Positions 24,099 to 33,187 of a DNA stretch of 64,000 nucleotides are shown here, in pieces. Position 1 is the first letter of the stretch; every line of letters starts with the position of its first letter. The stretch is from Bacteroidales bacterium UBA2800 (GTDB taxonomy: Bacteria > Bacteroidota > Bacteroidia > Bacteroidales > Paludibacteraceae): contig DEHM01000019.1 of assembly GCA_002351925.1 (NCBI GenBank), positions 14,942 through 78,941 of the forward strand. Reading direction: 5' to 3'. Made by a program: the position numbers and the translations under genes. The notes under the pieces are model-generated. The model made no database searches, was not told the origin of the DNA, and was given only the letters and a program-made list of their open reading frames with translations.

Positions 24099-25252
24099 TG
24101 ATGCAAAAGAAACAACTCTGTATATTAGGTTCGACGGGTTCGATAGGTACGCAGACGCTGGACGTGGTGCGTCGTCATCCCGACCGCTACGAGGTGTACG
24201 CTATCTGTGCGCATCGCAGTATAGATTTGCTTATCGCGCAGGCGCGTGAGTTTCGGCCGGATGTGGTATGTATCGCCGACGAGAGTCTGTATGCGCCGCT
24301 GCGTGACGCACTGGCCGACATGCCGGTGAAGGTGTGGAGTGGGGCAGACTCAATCGCCGAGATGGTCACCATGCCGAGTATCGACATCGTGGTGGCATCG
24401 ATGGTGGGCTATGCCGGTCTGCGACCGACGATAGAGGCTATCAAAGCCGGTAAGACAATTGCCCTGGCCAACAAAGAGACGCTGGTCGTTGCCGGCGAGA
24501 TCATCTGCGACCTGGCGGTGCGTCATCACACGCCTATCCTGCCAGTGGATAGCGAACACAGCGCTATCTTCCAGAGTCTGGTGGGCGAAGACCGCAGCGA
24601 GATAGAGAAGATACTCTTGACCGCGAGCGGCGGACCGTTCCGTACCTACTCGCTGGAGCAGATGAAGACGGTCACAGCCGCCGACGCACTCAAGCATCCT
24701 AACTGGGACATGGGTGCGAAGATAACCATCGACAGCGCCAGCATGATGAACAAGGGCTTCGAAGTGATAGAGGCCAAATGGCTGTTCGGCGTGCCGGTGG
24801 AGAAAGTGCAGGTGCTCGTTCACCCGCAGTCGATCGTCCATTCGGCTGTGCAGTTCACCGATGGCGCTATCAAGGCGCAACTCGGAGCACCCGACATGCG
24901 GCTGCCGATACAGTACGCCCTCTCGTTCCCCGAACGTCTGAAGAGTGACTTCCCCCGTGCCGACCTCTTCGCGCTGAAGGACCTCACGTTCGAAGAACCC
25001 GACTTGGCGCGTTTCCCCAACCTGGCGTTGGCCTATGAGGCCATGCGGCAGGGCGGAAATATGCCCTGTGTGCTCAATGCGGCCAACGAGGTGGCCAACC
25101 TCGCCTTCCGCCAAGGACGCTGCGGCTTCCTGCAGATGAGCGACATCATCCGCACCACGATGACAAGAACCGACTTTATTCACAAACCTACATACGACGA
25201 CTATGTGGCTACCGACGCTGCTGCGCGGCGGATAGCTGAGGAATTATTATGA
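24098..25252 (+). CDS. dxr: 1-deoxy-D-xylulose-5-phosphate reductoisomerase
   Basis: LGSTGSIGTQTLDV, LANKE, DSEHSA and NKG motifs. The start is chosen at MMQKKQL (TAATG overlap); the track start at 24092 is also possible. Confidence 0.92.
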   Translation: MMQKKQLCILGSTGSIGTQTLDVVRRHPDRYEVYAICAHRSIDLLIAQAREFRPDVVCIADESLYAPLRDALADMPVKVWSGADSIAEMVTMPSIDIVVASMVGYAGLRPTIEAIKAGKTIALANKETLVVAGEIICDLAVRHHTPILPVDSEHSAIFQSLVGEDRSEIEKILLTASGGPFRTYSLEQMKTVTAADALKHPNWDMGAKITIDSASMMNKGFEVIEAKWLFGVPVEKVQVLVHPQSIVHSAVQFTDGAIKAQLGAPDMRLPIQYALSFPERLKSDFPRADLFALKDLTFEEPDLARFPNLALAYEAMRQGGNMPCVLNAANEVANLAFRQGRCGFLQMSDIIRTTMTRTDFIHKPTYDDYVATDAAARRIAEELL

Positions 25253-26676
25253 TTCAAGCACTTCAACTCATACTTGCCCTCGCGTTTCTCGTACTGATAC
25301 ACGAGCTGGGGCATTTTACGTTCGCAAAGATTTTTCGCGTGAGGGTAGAGAAGTTCTACCTCTTTTTCAACCCCTGGCTCTCGCTACTGAGGGCGAAGAA
25401 GTTTGACGGCCAATGGCATTTCAAGTTCTTCAACCGCAACGAGGAGGACGAACTCTGGGCACAACATCCCGATGCTACCGAGTGGGGTATCGGCTGGCTG
25501 CCGCTGGGCGGTTATTGCGCCATAGGCGGCATGGTCGATGAGACCCATTCGACGGAGGATCTGTCCACCGAGGTGCAGCCCTGGGAGTTTCGTAGCAAAC
25601 CCGCCTGGCAGCGTATGCTGATCATCCTGGGCGGTATACTCGTCAACTTCATCGGCGCACTGGTCATCTTCACCATCCTGCTCTGGCATTGGGGCCAGGA
25701 CACCCTACCGCTTAGGAACGTCACCGGCGGACTCTACTATTCGGAGCTTATGCAGGCGGAGGGCTTCCGTCAGCAGGACCGCATACTGGCTATCAATGGT
25801 ACCGAACCCGTCTATCTGCAGGATGTCATGCAGGCGCTTATCATCGAGGGCCAACGCGACGTGATCGTGCTGCGTGGCAAGGACACCGTCGCGCTGACGA
25901 TGTCGGAGGACCTGGGTACCCGTTATCTGGCGCTGCAGAACGATTTCGCACGCGCCGAACGCGACAAAGCCCGTGCCGACCGTAACTACCAGAAGCGCAG
26001 CTACGTGCTGATAGCCGAGTGGTTGCCGTTTGTGGTGGACAGCGTGCTGCCCGACAATGCCGCGGCCTATGCCGGCATCGAGAAAGGCGACAGCATAGTG
26101 GCTATCGACGGCGTGTCGACACCCTGTAACATCCTGCTGACCGAAGAACTGCAACGTCATCCCTGCGACAGTATCACGGTCGACTACTACCGCGCCGGTG
26201 AGCTGCAGACCGCACACGCCTTCCTCGGCGACCAGTGCAAACTGGGTATCGTGCCGCGTATCAACTTCCGGTTCGAACATACCGACTACTCGTTCCTGGA
26301 GGCTATCCCCGCCGGTATATCCTACGGCTGGAACGTGCTGGCGATGTACGTGAAGCAATTCCGACTGGTGTTCACCAAAGAGGGTGCACAGTCGCTTGGT
26401 GGCTTCGGAGCAATCGGCTCGATGTTCCCGGCTACGTGGAGCTGGTATCTGTTCTGGCATATGACGGCCTTCCTCAGTATCATCCTCGCCTTCATGAACT
26501 TCCTGCCGATACCGGCTCTGGACGGCGGATATATACTGTTCCTGCTCGTAGAGATGATCACGCGCCGCAAACCCAGCGATAAGTTCCTGGAGAAAGCCAA
26601 CGAGATAGGCTTCTGGCTGCTGATCGTCCTGCTGGTGCTGGCGAACGGAAACGATATTTTGAAACTGTTCTTCTAA
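25249..26676 (+). CDS. rseP: RIP (site-2) zinc metalloprotease RseP
   Basis: HELGHF motif, PDZ region and C-terminal NFLPIPALDGG. ATGA overlap with dxr. Confidence 0.9.
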   Translation: MIQALQLILALAFLVLIHELGHFTFAKIFRVRVEKFYLFFNPWLSLLRAKKFDGQWHFKFFNRNEEDELWAQHPDATEWGIGWLPLGGYCAIGGMVDETHSTEDLSTEVQPWEFRSKPAWQRMLIILGGILVNFIGALVIFTILLWHWGQDTLPLRNVTGGLYYSELMQAEGFRQQDRILAINGTEPVYLQDVMQALIIEGQRDVIVLRGKDTVALTMSEDLGTRYLALQNDFARAERDKARADRNYQKRSYVLIAEWLPFVVDSVLPDNAAAYAGIEKGDSIVAIDGVSTPCNILLTEELQRHPCDSITVDYYRAGELQTAHAFLGDQCKLGIVPRINFRFEHTDYSFLEAIPAGISYGWNVLAMYVKQFRLVFTKEGAQSLGGFGAIGSMFPATWSWYLFWHMTAFLSIILAFMNFLPIPALDGGYILFLLVEMITRRKPSDKFLEKANEIGFWLLIVLLVLANGNDILKLFF

Positions 26677-26682
26677 AATGAC

Positions 26683-26724
26683 CAATCATCAATGAGCAAT
26701 AACCAATCATCAATGACCAATTAT
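26683..26724. repeat. Heptad word repeat CAATNNN x6
   Basis: caatcat caatgag caataac caatcat caatgac caattat. It spans the rseP/acetyltransferase junction and includes both candidate ATGs. Confidence 0.95.
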
Positions 26725-27231
26725 TTTGTCCACGAGTCGTCCTACGTAGACGAAGGTTGCACCATCGGTCGGGGCACCAAGATCTGGCATTTTAGCCATA
26801 TCATGTCCGGCTGCACCATCGGTGAGAATTGCAACATCGGCCAAAACGTCGTTATCTCACCCGATGTCGTACTGGGACGCAACTGTAAGATACAGAACAA
26901 CGTGTCAGTTTATACCGGCGTGCGTTGCGAGGACGATGTGTTCTTGGGGCCCAGTATGGTGTTCACCAATGTCATCAACCCCCGTGCAGCGGTGAGCCGC
27001 AAGGACGAGTACAAACCGACTCTCATCAAGCGGGGCGCTTCGGTGGGCGCTAACGCCACTATCGTCTGCGGACACACGCTCGGCGAGTACTGCCTCATCG
27101 GTGCCGGCTCGGTGGTCACCAAAGATGTGCCGGCCTATGCACTCATGGTAGGCAATCCCGCCAGGCAGATAGGCTGGGTCAATGCCCACGGCGACAAATG
27201 TGCTTCCCTCGAAGAAGCGATAAAAAACTGA
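26713..27231 (+). CDS. Hexapeptide-repeat N-acetyltransferase (WbpD/WlbB-like)
   Basis: LbH repeats. [30 protein letters not shown] resembles UDP-2-acetamido-3-amino-2,3-dideoxy-glucuronate N-acetyltransferases. The second ATG (MTNYFVHE) is preferred because the first 7 codons of the track ORF lie inside a CAATNNN repeat. Confidence 0.72.
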   Translation: MTNYFVHESSYVDEGCTIGRGTKIWHFSHIMSGCTIGENCNIGQNVVISPDVVLGRNCKIQNNVSVYTGVRCEDDVFLGPSMVFTNVINPRAAVSRKDEYKPTLIKRGASVGANATIVCGHTLGEYCLIGAGSVVTKDVPAYALMVGNPARQIGWVNAHGDKCASLEEAIKN

Positions 27232-27250
27232 ATACTGAATACTGAAAACT
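27227..27250. repeat. Heptad repeat ACTGAAT x3
   Basis: actgaat actgaat actgaaa act. It contains the acetyltransferase stop codon. Confidence 0.9.
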
Positions 27251-27254
27251 TTTT

Positions 27255-27740
27255 ATGATACAGCGAGTTCAGACATTGTATTTATTGGCCATCGTGGCAC
27301 TGGGCATTGCCCTGATCTTTCTTCCCGTACTCCAACTGGTAACGCCGGAAGATGCGGACGAACTGCGTATATACACCTTAGGCGCCAGCGGCATGGAGCT
27401 CATCACCAACGAGGACTGCCAGCCTGTTGTCTGCCTGCAGGGCCTCTGGGGATTGTTGCTCACCACCGCGCTCATACCCCTGTTGGCTTTCGTCGACATC
27501 TTCCTCTACCACAAGCGTCTGCTGCAGGCGCGCCTCAACATCTTCCTGGCCTTGCTCTGCCTGGGTTACTACGGCGTGCTGGCTATCTATGTATGGCAGG
27601 CTAAACTGGCGCTGGGTGTCGACTGGCATATCCTGCCCTGGGCTTCGTTCCCGCTCGTGTGCTTCGTACTGACCCTCATGGCTACGCGGCGTATACTCAA
27701 AGATGAAGCGCTGGTGCGTGCCGCCGACCGTATTCGTTAA
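27255..27740 (+). CDS. Small polytopic membrane protein (DUF4293-like)
   Basis: 161 aa with 4-5 TM helices. The N-terminus MIQRVQTLYLL is recognised from memory of the family and is unverified. Confidence 0.6.
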   Translation: MIQRVQTLYLLAIVALGIALIFLPVLQLVTPEDADELRIYTLGASGMELITNEDCQPVVCLQGLWGLLLTTALIPLLAFVDIFLYHKRLLQARLNIFLALLCLGYYGVLAIYVWQAKLALGVDWHILPWASFPLVCFVLTLMATRRILKDEALVRAADRIR

Positions 27741-27758
27741 CGTTTATATCCTCTCCTT

Positions 27759-28775
27759 ATGCTTCTCTTAGACGACCTACAGAATCTGACAGTGGCTGCG
27801 GCGGCTGTACAGGAACAACAGAGACTGACTCCCGACTCCGTGCGTCAGGGTGCACGGCAGATGATCGAGTATGCCCGTACCGATCCGGAAGGTTTCTGGC
27901 AGATATTCGTAGAGAAAATCACGCAGTTCGGCCTCAAATTGCTGGCGGCGCTGCTGATTCTCTTTATCGGTATATGGCTCATCCGCTGGATCAAGAGTCT
28001 CCTCAAGCGGATGTTCGATAAGCGCAATACGGAGCCTACGATCGCTTCGTTTGTTACGTCGTTTGTCAGCATCACCCTCTCCGTCCTGCTTGTCGTCATC
28101 TCCATCGGCACCCTGGGCGTAGACACCACCTCTCTGGCAGCTCTGCTGGCAGCCGGCGGTTTGGCTATCGGTATGGCGCTCTCCGGTACGGTACAGAACT
28201 TCGCCGGAGGAATCATGTTGCTGGCCTTCAAACCTTTCAAAGCCGGCGATATGATCGAGGCGCAAGGCTGTTTCGGTAAGGTCATCGAGGTCAATATCAC
28301 GGCCACCAAGATCCTGACGACCGACAACCGCGTCGTCATCCTGCCCAACGGTGCCCTCTCCAATGGCACCATCAACAACTACAGCGGCCGGCCGTTGCGC
28401 CGCGTCGAGTGGACCGTCAGCGTGTCCTACGGCGTCGATGCCGCGGCATGCAAGGAGGCTATACTCGCTATCCTCAACAGCGATGCGCGTGTGCTGCCGG
28501 CCGATACCGACATCGAGGCGCTGTACCGCGAACTCAATATCAGTGCGTTCCAGCTCTCTACGGTCAACTATCGCATGGACGCTATCCCCGCACCTTTTGT
28601 GGCACTCAAGTCGCTTAACGAAAACGATATATCCTTTATAGTACGCGCGTGGGTGCGCGGTACGGACTACTGGGATGTCTTCTTCGGACTGCAGGAACGT
28701 TTCTATACCGAACTGCCGCCGCAAGGCTTCACCTTCGCCTATCCGCACGTCGATGTCACGATGCTGAAAGACTAA
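27759..28775 (+). CDS. Mechanosensitive ion channel (MscS family)
   Basis: TM helices followed by the MscS beta domain (PFKAGDMIEAQGCFGKVIEVNITATKILTTDNRVVILPNG). Confidence 0.85.
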   Translation: MLLLDDLQNLTVAAAAVQEQQRLTPDSVRQGARQMIEYARTDPEGFWQIFVEKITQFGLKLLAALLILFIGIWLIRWIKSLLKRMFDKRNTEPTIASFVTSFVSITLSVLLVVISIGTLGVDTTSLAALLAAGGLAIGMALSGTVQNFAGGIMLLAFKPFKAGDMIEAQGCFGKVIEVNITATKILTTDNRVVILPNGALSNGTINNYSGRPLRRVEWTVSVSYGVDAAACKEAILAILNSDARVLPADTDIEALYRELNISAFQLSTVNYRMDAIPAPFVALKSLNENDISFIVRAWVRGTDYWDVFFGLQERFYTELPPQGFTFAYPHVDVTMLKD

Positions 28776-29788
28776 TGGACGTTCTCCTGGGAAAGACACT
28801 GGCTGAATTGCAAGACGTGGCGCTGAGCGTCGGATTGCAGCGTTTCGCGGGTAAGCAACTCGCCGAATGGCTCTACGTGCGCCGCGTCACCTCGTTCGAT
28901 GAGATGACCAATATATCGCTCCGTGGACGCGAAGCGCTCAAGGCCCGTTATATTGTCGGTCGCCATGCGCCGGTCCGCGAAGCCGTCAGCCAGGATGGCA
29001 CCCGCAAATACCTCTTTGCCGTCGGAGACCAGTTCATCGAATCGGTTTATATTCCTGAAGACGATAGGGCTACGCTCTGCGTCTCTACCCAGGCGGGCTG
29101 TAAGATGGGTTGCCGGTTCTGCATGACCGGCACTCTCGGCTTCCACGGCCACCTCTCTGCCGCCGAGATTCTCAATCAACTGTTCTACTTTGACGACTTG
29201 ACGAACGCGGTTTTTATGGGTGAAGGAGAGCCTATGGATAATATCGACAATGTCCTGCGGGCACTGGAGATCATGACAGCCGACTACGGCTGCGCCTGGT
29301 CGCCAAAGCGTATCACCGTCTCTACGGTGGGCATCCCCGCCATGCAGCGTTTCCTCGACGAGAGTGAGTGCCATCTGGCGGTGTCGATGCACAATCCTTT
29401 TCCGGCCGAACGCAGTGCTATCATGCCGGCGGAGAAACTGCTGTCCATCACCGATGTCGTGGCCCTGCTCCGCCACTACGACTGGTCCCACCAGCGGCGC
29501 GTCAGCTTCGAGTATATCTGCTGGGCGGGACAAAACGATACGCCGCGTCATGCCAAAGAGCTGTTGCGGCTGCTGCGTGGACTCAACTGCCGTGTCAACC
29601 TTATCCGTTTCCACGAAGGCGTAGAGACTATAAAAAACGAACGCCGTTTTCCGGCGTCCGATGAGAAACAGATGACTTGGTTCCGCGACTACCTGACCGA
29701 TAACGGACTCACTACCACTATCCGTCGTTCACGCGGAGAGGATATCCTGGCGGCCTGCGGCATGCTTGTCAATGCCCTCAATGTCTAA
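28775..29788 (+). CDS. rlmN: 23S rRNA/tRNA (adenine-C2)-methyltransferase RlmN (radical SAM)
   Basis: The start at MDVLLGK overlaps the mscS stop (TAATG). Radical SAM motif GCKMGCRFCMTG and the downstream GEGEP motif. Confidence 0.9.
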   Translation: MDVLLGKTLAELQDVALSVGLQRFAGKQLAEWLYVRRVTSFDEMTNISLRGREALKARYIVGRHAPVREAVSQDGTRKYLFAVGDQFIESVYIPEDDRATLCVSTQAGCKMGCRFCMTGTLGFHGHLSAAEILNQLFYFDDLTNAVFMGEGEPMDNIDNVLRALEIMTADYGCAWSPKRITVSTVGIPAMQRFLDESECHLAVSMHNPFPAERSAIMPAEKLLSITDVVALLRHYDWSHQRRVSFEYICWAGQNDTPRHAKELLRLLRGLNCRVNLIRFHEGVETIKNERRFPASDEKQMTWFRDYLTDNGLTTTIRRSRGEDILAACGMLVNALNV

Positions 29789-29794
29789 TCCTTC

Positions 29795-29815
29795 GTCCAT
29801 TGTCCTTTGTCCTTT
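29795..29815. repeat. Heptad repeat GTCC(A/T)TT x3
   Basis: gtccatt gtccttt gtccttt. It fills the gap between the convergent rlmN and LytTR genes. Confidence 0.88.
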
Positions 29816-30613
29816 CTATAGCATTCTGCTCAACTGGTCGTAGTATTTCGGTGAAACCGGTACGGGCTTCATGTTAGCCACATCCAGCTCGGCTTGTATC
29901 ACTCCCTCTTTGTCTCTACGCAGCACTTTTACGTGACGCGGGTTGACGAAGTACGAGCGCTGACAGCGCACGATACCGTGTTTCTGCATCAACTCTTCTA
30001 TTCCTCTCATCGACTGACGCAGCACGTATTCCTTCACGATGCCGGCTTCCAGATAGTGGATGCTCACGTAGTTCTCTTGCGCGATGATATAGAGTAGCAC
30101 CTCGCGCGCAATCACCAGTTTCAGTCTGCCGGTGTTGTCGGCAAAACGCACCAGGTCCGCATCGGCCAGCTCCTGCTCGTCCGGATGCGTCGTACATATC
30201 ACAAAGTCGATGATCAGGTACGGGTAGGCTATCGTCGAGGCCACCAGCACCATACAGCGTCCCAGTGCAGGGAAATAGCCGAAATTGCCGTACAGCAAGG
30301 CCATATACAGCGCCATGAAGCAGGCACTCACAACCCACTCGGTGCCCGACCACAGTATATACTGCAACCACGACAGACTGCCGCCTTCTCTGCCCTGCAG
30401 CGTCATCGCTATTCGCGAGAGCGCCATCACACCCGCCATGATACTCGCCAGTATCAGCGTATTGATCACCGTACCGTTGATCGGCTCATCCAGAAAACGC
30501 AGCATCCATGCACTCTCGTAGAGCAGTATGAAGCATAGAAAGAATATCGGAATCACGATGATATGTAGCATCATCGACGTTACAGATAGTACCGATGAGG
30601 GAATTTTAGTCAT
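29816..30613 (-). CDS. Membrane-bound LytTR-domain DNA-binding protein
   Basis: The N-terminal ~150 aa hold 4-5 TM helices. The C-terminal LytTR domain is LLYIIAQENYVSIHYLEAG...IVRCQRSYFVNPRHV. Confidence 0.8.
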   Translation of the reverse strand: MTKIPSSVLSVTSMMLHIIVIPIFFLCFILLYESAWMLRFLDEPINGTVINTLILASIMAGVMALSRIAMTLQGREGGSLSWLQYILWSGTEWVVSACFMALYMALLYGNFGYFPALGRCMVLVASTIAYPYLIIDFVICTTHPDEQELADADLVRFADNTGRLKLVIAREVLLYIIAQENYVSIHYLEAGIVKEYVLRQSMRGIEELMQKHGIVRCQRSYFVNPRHVKVLRRDKEGVIQAELDVANMKPVPVSPKYYDQLSRML

Positions 30614-30658
30614 ATTCTTGTCACTTTTTATGGTGTGACGAAATTAGTTTATTCGATT

Positions 30659-30687
30659 TTTAGTCACTATATAACTAATTTAGTCAT
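30659..30687. promoter_or_regulatory. Direct repeat TTTAGTCA(C/T) x2, 20 nt start-to-start; candidate LytTR operator
   Basis: TTAGTCAC at 30660-30667 and TTAGTCAT at 30680-30687. A third TTAGTCAT at 30606-30613 overlaps the LytTR gene start. The site lies 50-75 nt upstream of the divergent promoter. Confidence 0.35.
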
Positions 30688-30735
30688 CAAATCACGTATT
30701 TTAATCATTATTTCTTTTCTGCTCGTCACAAATAG

Positions 30736-30766
30736 TTGTGTGGGGCGAAAAAATGTAGTACTTTTG
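30736..30766 (+). promoter_or_regulatory. Promoter for the hypothetical gene 30797 (TTG-N20-TACTTTTG)
   Basis: TTGTGTGGGGCGAAAAAATGTAGTACTTTTGCATC. Confidence 0.65.
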
Positions 30767-30796
30767 CATCGTCAAACAAATAAATCCTATACAGCT

Positions 30797-31285
30797 ATGG
30801 ACAAAACAATTATTATTCAGCCTGAGAGCGGTTTGCAGTACGACTGGAAAGCAATTGCCGCAAATCCGAGTGCATTACACGAGCCTAAGATGGACCTTGT
30901 TGCCTACAAGGCACTTTATATAAATAAGATCGCGCAAGCACGCGCATGTAGTCAAGAGCCCGTCTTGATGAGCCTGCCTATTATCGACGAGAACCGTTAC
31001 TTTGCTTCTATCACTCGCGGTATGTCTATGCAGGAGCGCAAGAACGTCCTCTACTGGCTGGGCGGTACTACCGAGCGTCTGCGCAATATCCATGCTTTGT
31101 ACAACTTGGCTCTGTTCCGTCTGGCGGCGCAACACTGTGTTCACATTGTTGATGTCACCAGTCCGATGTTGGCCAGTCTCCGTTACGACACGCTCCTCGA
31201 GCAGGACGGAGTTACGCTTTCGTCGGCAGGCAATGCTCTCGTGGAGCGCGAACTGACAAAGGTTCGCGCCCACGAGTCGGCTTAA
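30797..31285 (+). CDS. Hypothetical protein (162 aa)
   Basis: ATG 30797 lies 31 nt downstream of a canonical -7 box. The track start at 30635 would run through the promoter. The C-terminus QDGVTLSSAGNALVEREL faintly resembles SGNH block V but lacks the His. Confidence 0.55.
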   Translation: MDKTIIIQPESGLQYDWKAIAANPSALHEPKMDLVAYKALYINKIAQARACSQEPVLMSLPIIDENRYFASITRGMSMQERKNVLYWLGGTTERLRNIHALYNLALFRLAAQHCVHIVDVTSPMLASLRYDTLLEQDGVTLSSAGNALVERELTKVRAHESA

Positions 31286-33186
31286 CGCCTACTTGCCTTG
31301 GCTTGCTCGCGGGCCAGACGTTGCTGCTCGCGCTGCATCTTTTCCAAGCGCTCCATAAAGCCGGACTTAGGTTTCCCGGCTTTTTTCTTTTTGTTCTCCT
31401 CAATCTCCTTGAGCATCTTCGCGTCGTCCAACGACCAGCGGAAGATCATCGTCTGCACAATGGTGATGAAGAGCGATACCAGGTAGTAGTAGCTCAGACC
31501 GGCTGCATAGTCGTTGAAGATGAAGAGGAACATGAACGGCATAGCGTACATCATGTATTTCATGAACTTCATGTTCGGGTCCGTCGCTTGCGACTGCATT
31601 GTGATATAGGTATAGACGATGTTGACGATGGTCATCAGGAGGCAGAACAAACTCAGGTGGTCACCCAGCAGCGGGATGTTGAAGTTCCAGTGGAACACAG
31701 CGTCGTAGGTCGAGAGGTCAGGTGCCCAGAGTAGCGACTTACCACGCAGCTCGATAGCCGTCGGCAGGAACCAGAACATAGCCATCAGCACCGGGAATTG
31801 GAACAGCATCGGCAGACAGCCGCTCATCGGGTTGACGCCGGCCTGCTGGTAGAGTTGCATCGTAGCCTGCTGGCGCTCCTGCATCTTCTCCGCCGGATAC
31901 TGCGCATTGATAGCCTCTATCTGCGGACGCAGCACACGCATCTTCGCGCTCGACTTATAGCTGACGAACACAAACGGCAGAATGATTAGTTTGATGACGA
32001 GTGTCATCAAGAGGATCACGATACCGATATGCAGTCCCCAACCGGTGAACAGGTCGAACATCGGGATGACGAGCGCCGTATTGATCCAGCTCACTATCTT
32101 CCAGCCCAGCGGCACCAATTTGTTCAGACGCAGACGGTCCTCTTTGGCCACGCCCTCGTCGTACGCCTTGAGCGTGTGGTAGTGGTTCGGGCCCAGGAAA
32201 AAACGCATGCCTACCGGTGTCTTGCCGCTCAGGTCGAAGGGAACCGTCGTCTGGGTGGTATATTGCTTGATATAGCCCGAGTATTTGCCTTGCAGGTTGG
32301 AGTGGAACTCCGATGAAGAGAACGCATCGTCGGCAATGAGGACGGTGGAGAAGAACTGGTCCTTATAGGCTATCCAGCGCACGCGCGCAGACTCTTTCTC
32401 CGCGTCGTCTTTCGACTCACTCAGTTTCTCTATGTCGCCGCCCACCAGCATGTACTGCAACTGTGCGTAGCGCTCCTCGAACTTACGTCCCTGCTCTTGT
32501 TGCGGGATCAGCTGTTGCCAGCGCATCTCCATCGAGTTGACGTTCTGTGCCAACTCGGTCTGCATGTTGTGGGGCACCAGACTCAGGTGCACCATGTAGT
32601 TGTCCGACAGGTCGTATATCCAGTCCATATACGCATCCGGCGAAGCGGTCTGCAGACGCAGGATAGCGCGGCCGGGCACGTCTGTCTCCACGGGAGTGAA
32701 ATACAGATTCGAGGTCTGCAGGATACGGTTGTTGGCGGTGATCAGGGTGAAGGCCATCTCCGACTCCTCACCGCGGAAGAGCGTCAGCGGGTTGACGCTG
32801 TCGCCGGCAGCATGGTAGCCGAGCAGCTCGGCGCGCTGTATCATCGCGCCGTGCGTCGAGAGGGTCAGACGCAGATGTGCGTTCTCCAGTGTTACCAGTT
32901 GTTCCTCGCCCTGTGCGGCCGGCGCAAAACTGCCGTAGGCAGCCTGCAGACGAGCCTGCACTTCTTCGTCAGAGACTTGTTCCGTAGCTTGTTGGGGCGC
33001 AGCGGCTACCAACTGCAGCGAATCGCTCAGGCGTTGTGCCTCGGCCTCTGCCATACGCAGGGCCATGATGGAGTCTTGTTGCTGCTGACGACGCGCCAGT
33101 TCTTCTTTCGAAGGACGGTTCAGCATCGTAAAGCCCACAATAATTGCGGCTATCAAGAGAAAGCCGATCCAAGTGTTTTTATCCAT
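31282..33186 (-). CDS. yidC: Membrane protein insertase YidC
   Basis: 634 aa with an N-terminal TM helix, a large periplasmic domain and a C-terminal 5-TM core (GCLPMLFQFPVLMAMF). Confidence 0.92.
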   Translation of the reverse strand: MDKNTWIGFLLIAAIIVGFTMLNRPSKEELARRQQQQDSIMALRMAEAEAQRLSDSLQLVAAAPQQATEQVSDEEVQARLQAAYGSFAPAAQGEEQLVTLENAHLRLTLSTHGAMIQRAELLGYHAAGDSVNPLTLFRGEESEMAFTLITANNRILQTSNLYFTPVETDVPGRAILRLQTASPDAYMDWIYDLSDNYMVHLSLVPHNMQTELAQNVNSMEMRWQQLIPQQEQGRKFEERYAQLQYMLVGGDIEKLSESKDDAEKESARVRWIAYKDQFFSTVLIADDAFSSSEFHSNLQGKYSGYIKQYTTQTTVPFDLSGKTPVGMRFFLGPNHYHTLKAYDEGVAKEDRLRLNKLVPLGWKIVSWINTALVIPMFDLFTGWGLHIGIVILLMTLVIKLIILPFVFVSYKSSAKMRVLRPQIEAINAQYPAEKMQERQQATMQLYQQAGVNPMSGCLPMLFQFPVLMAMFWFLPTAIELRGKSLLWAPDLSTYDAVFHWNFNIPLLGDHLSLFCLLMTIVNIVYTYITMQSQATDPNMKFMKYMMYAMPFMFLFIFNDYAAGLSYYYLVSLFITIVQTMIFRWSLDDAKMLKEIEENKKKKAGKPKSGFMERLEKMQREQQRLAREQAKASRR

Positions 33187-33187
33187 T

